DNA of 64,000 nt. Origin: a virus. Both the position numbers and the translations under genes were made by a program. The notes under the pieces are model-generated. The model saw nothing but the letters and a program-made list of their open reading frames with translations. It had not been told where the DNA came from and searched no databases. This document shows positions 55,117 through 62,164 of the stretch, one piece after another. Each line of letters starts with the position of its first letter. The first letter of the stretch is position 1. Location of the stretch: IMG/VR virus record IMGVR_UViG_3300021963_000029, positions 32,001 to 96,000 of that record. One strand, 5' to 3'.

Positions 55117-56214
55117 TCACTCCCCTTCCTGTTGCTGAAATTCAGCATCAATCTTGTCATACAACTCCACAAAAGTGGACTTGGTTTCATCATCAAAGCG
55201 ATTCAAGCATACCTTGAGTGCTTTATCTTTTTTGCCAAAGATAGAGTATGCTTTCATGATATGAACAAGACGACGAGTGGAGACCACTTCATCAATACCA
55301 CCATCAGCAAAGGTCTTGCGAATAATCTCAGCCCAAGTGCACAGGTGTTTGATAAAATCAGTGTGCTCTCCAATCATAGGGATCTTAAGAGATTCTGCCA
55401 CTTTTGTCAAGATCTTTGTCTCAACAGTAATAGTAGGATACTCTTGCTCAAAGGTTACAGGGAAACGCTCAAGGAATGCCTCATTGAGAACATTGGTGCC
55501 AATAAAGCGACCATCATCAGATCCCTTACCTTTGGTGTTTGCAGTAGCAAACACATTGAATCCTGCTTTAGGTACAACATGCTTACCAATTTTCTTCAGG
55601 AAGACACCATTGCCTTCCAGAATTGACTGAAGACACATGATTTTATTGGAAGCAAGGTCAATCTCATCCAGAAGGAGGATTGCACCCCTTTCCATTGCCT
55701 CAACTACAGGACCATTGTGCCATACAGTTTCACCATTAACTAGACGAAAACCACCAATAAGATCATCTTCATCAGTCTCAATAGTGATGTTGACACGAAT
55801 CAACTCACGACCAAGTTGAGCACATGCTTGCTCAATTCCAAAGGTCTTACCATTACCAGAAAGACCAGTGATGAAAGAAGGATAGAACAAACCAGAAGAT
55901 ACAATCTTCTTAATATCACTAAAGTTACCAAAGCTGACGAAGGTAGCATCTTTCTTAGGGATGAGATTTTGCACAACAGAGGAAAGAGTTTGTACAGTAT
56001 CAGTACCCTCTGCAGCAGGTGAATTGTAAGTTTGCTCTAGTTCTTTCACTGTTACCTCAAGATTCCATTTACCACGACCAGTTTTGTATGATTGCAGATA
56101 CTTAGATGCAGTAGCATAAGAAGTATTCAGTTGAGTTGCCACAGACTTAACAGCAGTAGCATCAACTTCAGTGCCAAATTGGTCTTTCAATAGTGTGATA
56201 AGTTGTTCTTGCAT
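55117..56214 (-). CDS. cobS: CobS-like / MoxR-family AAA+ ATPase
   Basis: Walker A GLSGNGKT, Walker B LLLDEID, ATANTKG.G, STRRL; start reassigned to MQEQL at 56214. Confidence 0.9.
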   Translation of the reverse strand: MQEQLITLLKDQFGTEVDATAVKSVATQLNTSYATASKYLQSYKTGRGKWNLEVTVKELEQTYNSPAAEGTDTVQTLSSVVQNLIPKKDATFVSFGNFSDIKKIVSSGLFYPSFITGLSGNGKTFGIEQACAQLGRELIRVNITIETDEDDLIGGFRLVNGETVWHNGPVVEAMERGAILLLDEIDLASNKIMCLQSILEGNGVFLKKIGKHVVPKAGFNVFATANTKGKGSDDGRFIGTNVLNEAFLERFPVTFEQEYPTITVETKILTKVAESLKIPMIGEHTDFIKHLCTWAEIIRKTFADGGIDEVVSTRRLVHIMKAYSIFGKKDKALKVCLNRFDDETKSTFVELYDKIDAEFQQQEGE

Positions 56215-56237
56215 GGTCTTGGGTTGATTACTTTGTA

Positions 56238-56296
56238 ATGATAGCATGGATTTGGGCAAAGTCAGGGGCAGAGTGGACACTGCCCCAACTGGCACA
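56238..56296 (-). promoter_or_regulatory. Early promoter cassette upstream of cobS (variant box, weak -35, TATCAT)
   Basis: Box GTGGACA-N10-TGGCACA 56273-56296; -10 56238-56243. Confidence 0.75.
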
Positions 56297-58441
56297 TCAT
56301 GCAATCATGTCAACAAAAGAAGACAATAGTTTCTTGTTTGTCTTCTTTTTCTCCAACATCTTAGAGAATGCAGTTTTGATTTGTGCTTTAGAAGCATCTT
56401 CAGGCACAACAAACTCTTCCTCTTGAGAGAGTGAAGATGTAGGGATGACATTGAACTGATCATAACCAGTTCCAGTAAATGTAATGAACTGGTTCTTTTT
56501 GTACACAGACTTCACCTTCTCATAGTCACCATACTCTCTGCCATACCAATCATAGCAGGTCTTAAAGTCCCTGCTAGGAACAACTCTGAAGTTGACAAAG
56601 TTCACAGTAGGAAACTTATCCTTCAAAGTAGAGAGAAGTGCCTTGGAATACTGAGGGAAGTTGCCATAGTTGAAAGAAGAATAGATTCTACCATTCTTTC
56701 TGCTACGAATAGTGGTGCTGAAAGGTTTAGTCAGACCCACATATTCTTGACCAGCACCATTCTTTTTCTTGGTTGTGATTGCATTTACATAACCCTCACC
56801 ATCAGTCAGGAATACAACATTCACTTTCTGAAGTTTGTTCTTGCTCTGGAAGTCAGGAATCAAAGAATGCAGTGCAATCATGGTTTCACCCAGAGGAGAA
56901 CCAGACAACTCTAGATGATAAGGAACACTACCATTTCCCTTCTGGAAGGCATGACAAACTGCCCAGATATTCTTCATCTGTTCATCCAGTTCTTTAGTGC
57001 TAGTCTTGCTGCTAAAGAAATTGAGAAGTCTAAAAGAATTCTCAGGAGCAATAACACCATCTACTTTATTGTAGATAGCAGGATGATTTGGTTGAATGTC
57101 AACATAAGATTTGCATTCCACGGTGAAAGCATACACCTCAAAGGGAATGTTCACTTTCTTGCAGAACCAGATCAGGTTGTACATTTGCTTACAAGTATCC
57201 AGAATCCAGTTGCACATAGATCCTGACCAGTCAAGAATAAAGATCAGTCCATGATTCTTACCATCAGGGATGACAGAAACTTTCCTGAACAGATCTTCAT
57301 TATACTTGTAAGTATGCAGTTTGCTGGTATCAAGAATACCAGTCCTAGCAGTTGTAGCACGAGCATACTGATCTGCAGATTTCTTGCACTCAAACTCTTT
57401 GACAAGGTAAGAGACTTCTTTCTCTGCAGATTTCTTATACTTGATATAGTCAGACACAACTTCTTGATGCCATTCTTTCACCCAAAGAGATCCATCCTGA
57501 TAATGTTCCTTTGCCTTGGCATGGATGTAATCATTAGGAATGACTACATTCTCAAGAACCATCTCAGGCAGTTCCACATAGTTAGTTTCTTGACCATACT
57601 TGTTAGTCAAATCCTGTGCTTTCTCATCAAAAGATTGAGAAGTCTTAGATTCAAACTCACCATGTTCTTTGCTGGGTTCACGACCTCCACCACCAGAGAG
57701 TTCTTCCTGATCCATAGTGATAGGATTGTCACCTTGAGAATCTTGATCACTGGTAGAAGAATCCTCAGATTCTTGTTCCAAATCAGTGGAATCTTCTGAA
57801 GTATTTTGTTCAGAATTGTCAGGAAGATCTACTTCTTTCCCACTTTCCCCTTGATTTTGAACAATCTCAGGCATCTCAGAGAGTTTCTTACGCTTATAGT
57901 TAAGGAACTCTACAATCTCCTGAGAGATTTGCAGCACATCTTGGAAGGTTTCCAGTTGACTAATGCGAGTCACAAACTCATTCTCTTGGTCAGAGAAAGC
58001 AATGTTATGAAATGCACCAATTTTGTAGTACATGTTGATGCGATCAATAAAGGAGAGATCATCAAGATTCTCATCCTTTACTGAAAAGAAATCATCATTG
58101 TTCAGTTCATTATAACCATTATAGAAGGTTTTGGAAAGACCAGGATATTTTTTCTTCATCAGACGTTCTACACGAACATCCTCAATCACATTGACAAAAT
58201 CCTTAGGAACATCAGGATATTCCTCTCTCCAGTCAATGTTATCAGTAAAGAGTGCATGACCCACCTCATGACCTACAAGGAGGTCATAAACAGTCTCAGA
58301 TGCCTTATCCCACATAGGCAGAGTAAGCACCCTACGATCCACATCAAAGCAGGCAGTAGAGACTTTCTTATGCTCAACAATAAGGTTCTCTGTTGCCAGA
58401 CATTTGGCAAGAGATCCTTTAACTTCTAGGTTGACTGACAT
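56297..58441 (-). CDS. CobT-like protein: N-terminal HExxH peptidase-like domain and C-terminal VWA (MIDAS) domain
   Basis: VGHEVGHAL; acidic linker; LIFILDWSGSM (DxSxS); VVFLTDGE. Confidence 0.82.
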   Translation of the reverse strand: MSVNLEVKGSLAKCLATENLIVEHKKVSTACFDVDRRVLTLPMWDKASETVYDLLVGHEVGHALFTDNIDWREEYPDVPKDFVNVIEDVRVERLMKKKYPGLSKTFYNGYNELNNDDFFSVKDENLDDLSFIDRINMYYKIGAFHNIAFSDQENEFVTRISQLETFQDVLQISQEIVEFLNYKRKKLSEMPEIVQNQGESGKEVDLPDNSEQNTSEDSTDLEQESEDSSTSDQDSQGDNPITMDQEELSGGGGREPSKEHGEFESKTSQSFDEKAQDLTNKYGQETNYVELPEMVLENVVIPNDYIHAKAKEHYQDGSLWVKEWHQEVVSDYIKYKKSAEKEVSYLVKEFECKKSADQYARATTARTGILDTSKLHTYKYNEDLFRKVSVIPDGKNHGLIFILDWSGSMCNWILDTCKQMYNLIWFCKKVNIPFEVYAFTVECKSYVDIQPNHPAIYNKVDGVIAPENSFRLLNFFSSKTSTKELDEQMKNIWAVCHAFQKGNGSVPYHLELSGSPLGETMIALHSLIPDFQSKNKLQKVNVVFLTDGEGYVNAITTKKKNGAGQEYVGLTKPFSTTIRSRKNGRIYSSFNYGNFPQYSKALLSTLKDKFPTVNFVNFRVVPSRDFKTCYDWYGREYGDYEKVKSVYKKNQFITFTGTGYDQFNVIPTSSLSQEEEFVVPEDASKAQIKTAFSKMLEKKKTNKKLLSSFVDMIA

Positions 58442-58473
58442 GTGTTTTCTTGACTGTCCTTACAGCATACCAT

Positions 58474-58500
58474 AAAAAAGGAGGGGCACCACCCCCTCCT
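58474..58500 (-). terminator. Rho-independent terminator
   Basis: AGGAGGGG-GTGGTG-CCCCTCCT-TTTTT. Confidence 0.8.
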
Positions 58501-58571
58501 AGGACACTAAAATAACCGTCCACCACCAAAGACGGGTCTTGGGTCTCAGAGATACAAAGAACCCTCAAGAC
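58474..58571 (-). ncRNA. Candidate ~98-nt three-hairpin small RNA
   Basis: Own promoter TTGACA(58601-58606)-17-TATTAT(58578-58583), two hairpins and a terminator; no ATG inside. Confidence 0.55.
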
Positions 58572-58577
58572 TTTTAC

Positions 58578-58636
58578 ATAATAGCATGTGGTCTTGAGGG
58601 TGTCAAGTTGACAAGTTGTTAAACCATGAGTAGGAT
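58578..58636. promoter_or_regulatory. Back-to-back divergent sigma70 promoters
   Basis: Minus strand: TTGACA-17-TATTAT. Plus strand: TTGACA(58608-58613)-17-TAGGAT(58631-58636). The two -35s form TGTCAA-G-TTGACA. Confidence 0.6.
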
Positions 58637-58650
58637 AACTCTGTCAGGGT

Positions 58651-59379
58651 TCAAGACATTTTATATTCAAATAAAACATTATCTTTAATAACATCAAAGA
58701 AAAATACTTGAGTTAATCTAGAATTTTCTACAGATTCTCCAAAAAACTTAGATGCAGTATGATAATGTTTACCTTCATAGATTATGCATCTATTATAAAC
58801 ATTTTCAACATAATCATGTAATTCCCAATTATTTTCATCTAGAGATTCTTTTGCAGAAACATCTTCCTCATACAATCCATGAAAAATTTGTTCTGTTTTC
58901 TTTCTTTTATAAAATCCAGTACCAGTTCCTTTTGGTGGATCTGGATGCAAGTAAATTACTGCAGCCCATTTATTCCCTTGATCAGAGTGTATCCAAGTTT
59001 TTGAATCTTTTGGTATATATTGAAAACATCCATTACTTGAGAATGGAGCATGTAAGTTGACTTGTAGATTATGTTCTTTTAATTTAGGTTTAGATGTTAA
59101 AAAATCAAATTCCCATAATGAAGGATCATCACATTCAACTGCACAAGTATGAATCCACTCAGATTCTTTAATTCTGTTATTAAAAATAGATTGAAATTTT
59201 TTTAAATTGTAAACACTATTTTCTATAGTTGTTCTACATCTAAATCCAGGATAAAATCCTGGAAAATCACCATTTTTATCAGAAAGTCCAGGGTATTCTT
59301 CTGCTTTAAAATTAGATAAGGCTAAATTTCTAATTTCATCTGGATTTTCATACCAGTTATCTACAATTTTATATGTCAT
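58651..59379 (-). CDS. 2OG-Fe(II) oxygenase-fold protein (DUF6445-like)
   Basis: WIHSD (HxD), WAAVIYL.P, NVYNRCIIY..K.YH (distal His), SRLTQVFFFD. Confidence 0.75.
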   Translation of the reverse strand: MTYKIVDNWYENPDEIRNLALSNFKAEEYPGLSDKNGDFPGFYPGFRCRTTIENSVYNLKKFQSIFNNRIKESEWIHTCAVECDDPSLWEFDFLTSKPKLKEHNLQVNLHAPFSSNGCFQYIPKDSKTWIHSDQGNKWAAVIYLHPDPPKGTGTGFYKRKKTEQIFHGLYEEDVSAKESLDENNWELHDYVENVYNRCIIYEGKHYHTASKFFGESVENSRLTQVFFFDVIKDNVLFEYKMS

Positions 59380-59401
59380 AATATAAAAATAATGTTAAAA
59401 A

Positions 59402-59776
59402 TTATGTTTTAGGAATATCTTGCTTTACTTGTGTAATTGATTGGAACCAATTTCCTTGATCTAAAGGTGTACCACTCTTAATATCATCATAAAGAAGTGC
59501 TAATTGAGATTCAATGGTTGGGTATGCCATGAATCTATCATACTTATATTTTTCTGCTTCCCAAGCATCTACTAATTCTTGTAATTTATTTCTTGCTGCT
59601 ATTTCAGTTGGAGGGGGAAGAGGATTTTCTTCCATCCACGTTAAGGTTCCCCAATCATAATCTTGAGTGTCAGGTTTCACTGCAATTGTAAATGCACATC
59701 CTGGCGCTAATAATACAATTGCCTCAGGAAGTTCAGGAAATGCTTTAAACTCTTTCCTAGCTTTTGTAATGGTCAT
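59402..59776 (-). CDS. Tail-fibre assembly chaperone-like protein
   Basis: Y...R...YP.IESQLALLYDDI..G....G.WF..I..VK..IPK C-terminus; lies in the fibre module. Confidence 0.55.
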   Translation of the reverse strand: MTITKARKEFKAFPELPEAIVLLAPGCAFTIAVKPDTQDYDWGTLTWMEENPLPPPTEIAARNKLQELVDAWEAEKYKYDRFMAYPTIESQLALLYDDIKSGTPLDQGNWFQSITQVKQDIPKT

Positions 59777-59815
59777 AATTACTGAAAAATTTAATTTATC
59801 TTTATTTATTATGAT

Positions 59816-60382
59816 TTAAGCGTATACTTCAAATAGCCAAGCATAAGATTTGAGAACTTCATAATATTGTTGTCCCCAACTATCAGTAGTGCGATTTATG
59901 TAATTTGTATAAGTTTGAGATGAGTGTCTTAAAGCAACAGCAATGTCAACTTCTTCTGTTGTATTTGCAACAAAAGAATATCTAATCACATGGTTTTGGG
60001 GAGTACTACTATAGTTTCCATCATAATATCCATTGGATATTCCAGAATAAAGTTGATTGCCATAAGTATTATTATATCCTTCTTCTCCAGAAGTTGTTGC
60101 CAATCCCCAAGAACCCAGGTTAGTTCTTTTGTGAATTAAAAACATTCCATCATGATGAATTTCTCCAGATATGCCCCACTCACAAATTATAATATTGCTG
60201 GTTCTTTTTGGCTTTATTCTTAAAGTTAAATCTTCAATCCTAGTCCCATTACCTGAGTTCTGACTTAATGTTGCATAAGATTGAGTTGATGTAGTAAAAT
60301 AAGAATCAACTATAGTTCCAGAAACTCCAGCTAAACTAAGTCCAGAAGTATTATTAACTGTATTTGTTCTTAGATAACTCAT
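59816..60382 (-). CDS. Fibre-tip-like protein, paralog 3
   Basis: MS.L.TN.V.N..G; IKPKRTSN.IICEW.ISGE; YYDGNYSSTP; E..KS...L.EV. Confidence 0.6.
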   Translation of the reverse strand: MSYLRTNTVNNTSGLSLAGVSGTIVDSYFTTSTQSYATLSQNSGNGTRIEDLTLRIKPKRTSNIIICEWGISGEIHHDGMFLIHKRTNLGSWGLATTSGEEGYNNTYGNQLYSGISNGYYDGNYSSTPQNHVIRYSFVANTTEEVDIAVALRHSSQTYTNYINRTTDSWGQQYYEVLKSYAWLFEVYA

Positions 60383-60421
60383 TTTAGTTAATTTCCCTTA
60401 TGTAATAATTTATAATTAAAA

Positions 60422-61006
60422 TCATGTCCATCCATTATAAGATGAAATTTCATAAATTACCCCACAACTTACTCCATTTTCATAGTTAGCTTGTCCAGCA
60501 CCACTTACTGCTCTGTTTTGATAGAAAGTGGCTGATCCTGCCCCAGAGTCTCTAAAACTTATTTGATAACTTACATCTCCAGTTGTACCGATTCTTCCAA
60601 TATAAGAAAACTTTTTGCTACTTGGAGTGGTGCTATCATCACCATCATACCATGTTCCTTGATCTGCCATCCAATAAGTTGTACCACTAGCATTTCCTGT
60701 GCCACTGTTGCCAGTAAATGAAATGGGAGAACCATTTCTAAGAACTATAAACATACAGTTGGATGCTGCATTAGATTCTCCAGAAAGATACCAATTACAT
60801 AAAACCCAGTGATTTGGATTTTCTACATTATTTAATGTTAAAGATAATGGATGAATGTTTGTATTTTCATAGTAAGCTCTATAATCATAGACATAAGTGG
60901 TAATAGTATCCACTCTAGTATAATTAACCTGGATTATATTTCCTTGACTTGGAATAATTACTTGATCTGAAAGATTAGTAACATATTGGGTTTGTACTGT
61001 ACTCAT
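60422..61006 (-). CDS. Fibre-tip-like protein, paralog 2
   Basis: MSTVQTQYV.N; GNIIQV; W.LSGE; WYDGDDSTTP; E.GVS.G.IYEI. Confidence 0.6.
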   Translation of the reverse strand: MSTVQTQYVTNLSDQVIIPSQGNIIQVNYTRVDTITTYVYDYRAYYENTNIHPLSLTLNNVENPNHWVLCNWYLSGESNAASNCMFIVLRNGSPISFTGNSGTGNASGTTYWMADQGTWYDGDDSTTPSSKKFSYIGRIGTTGDVSYQISFRDSGAGSATFYQNRAVSGAGQANYENGVSCGVIYEISSYNGWT

Positions 61007-61560
61007 GGCGCTATCTCGTAAATTACTCCAGTTGTGATTGAAACTTCTCTGTTGGTTTGACCAGGGCTATTAAGGCAAGCATTTAATCTTAAAGTTCTTG
61101 CTCCACCATCTGCTCCACCAAAAGCCAATGAATAATTTCTTGAAGCAGTGCTACCAGATATAGCTGAATAAATTATCCCATGTTTATTGGCAGTTGAGTC
61201 TGAGTCTTGATCATAGAATCCACTCCACCAACCAACCCAATTATTTAATGCAACTGAATTATTATATCCTTGTTCTCCAGCAGTTGAAATCACTGCCCCA
61301 TCTCTATAAATTCTCATGACAGTATTGTGATCATTAGGTTCCCCTACAAACTCCCATTGAATTATCAATCTACTAGATGAAGATTTAGGAGTAATAGTTA
61401 TCCTAGTTTGAGTAATCTCGGAAAAACTAGAAGCAGCACTTGTTAATGATGCCACCACATCATTTCTCAATCTTGCTACTTGGATTATAGATCCAGAGCT
61501 TTTTAATAAAGTATTACCATCTACAGGATTAACTATTTTATTTGTAACTAAAGTACTCAT
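61003..61560 (-). CDS. Fibre-tip-like protein, paralog 1
   Basis: MSTLVTNKI.N; GSIIQV; ITPKSSSS.LIIQW.F.GE; FYDQDSDSTA; E.SITTG.IYEI. Confidence 0.6.
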   Translation of the reverse strand: MSTLVTNKIVNPVDGNTLLKSSGSIIQVARLRNDVVASLTSAASSFSEITQTRITITPKSSSSRLIIQWEFVGEPNDHNTVMRIYRDGAVISTAGEQGYNNSVALNNWVGWWSGFYDQDSDSTANKHGIIYSAISGSTASRNYSLAFGGADGGARTLRLNACLNSPGQTNREVSITTGVIYEIAP

Positions 61561-61582
61561 GAGTTTTTAAAAATATTTAGGA

Positions 61583-61756
61583 CTAAATTACTCTAAAAGT
61601 AACCCCAGAGTTGACAGTAAGAGTCACTCCATTATTTATGGTAAGTGGACCAATTGCTGCATAATTAGACCCTGAGGATAAAGTGGTATTACTTGTAACT
61701 TGTTGATCATTTTGTATAATGTTTGCTCCTCCACCAACGCCTATAGTTACTGCCAT
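61583..61756 (-). CDS. Small beta-rich fibre-associated protein (57 aa)
   Basis: MAVTIGVGGGANIIQNDQQVTSNTTLSSGSNYAAIGPLTINNGVTLTVNSGVTFRVI. Confidence 0.6.
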   Translation of the reverse strand: MAVTIGVGGGANIIQNDQQVTSNTTLSSGSNYAAIGPLTINNGVTLTVNSGVTFRVI

Positions 61757-62164
61757 TTAAACCTCCTGCGCATCTTTGTAGTACTCAGTTGTTTTTAAAT
61801 GATTGTATGCTTGGGTAAGAATAGAATCTGCACTGTCAGGATCAATAAAGAACATAATTTCATGAGCTACTCCTGGGGTAGCCACATGACCATCAATTTT
61901 AACATCAGTTGGAGACAATCCAATACCACCAATAGGTTTCATGCCATTGTCTCTAGCATCTTTAGAGGCAAAAACTTGAATACCAATTCTGCCAATGTAT
62001 CCTGCTTTCCAATAAACTTCAGGACCTCTATCTTCTGATGGTCTATCTACAGGATCTGGATAATCTTGCAATCTTTTTTCTGTTTTCACATCAACAATTA
62101 CATGATATGCATCATCAACTACATATCCAGTTCCAGGTAACTCAAAATCTCTTACCAGTGCCAT
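61757..62164 (-). CDS. Hypothetical protein, fibre module
   Basis: MAL..D.ELPGTG..V..AYHVI..V; L.QAYNHLKTTEYY.DA.EV; coupled to the fibre gene. Confidence 0.65.
   Translation of the reverse strand: MALVRDFELPGTGYVVDDAYHVIVDVKTEKRLQDYPDPVDRPSEDRGPEVYWKAGYIGRIGIQVFASKDARDNGMKPIGGIGLSPTDVKIDGHVATPGVAHEIMFFIDPDSADSILTQAYNHLKTTEYYKDAQEV

Noticed and set aside
55117-56214. A cobalamin biosynthesis operon
   Set aside because: No cobN or other cob genes are in the window; the AAA+/VWA pair alone does not establish chelatase function.
37827-56304. ORF-track N-terminal extensions such as MCYHTCM..., MHDVPVGAV... (cobS), MRGRIANHLL... and MDSCSRLIF...
   Set aside because: They translate the promoter cassette itself; the downstream ATGs fit the -10 spacing and family N-termini.
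59816-61560. Diversity-generating retroelement or invertible tail-fibre cassette
   Set aside because: There is no reverse transcriptase or invertase, no near-identical TR/VR pair with A-specific mismatches, and all paralogs share one orientation.
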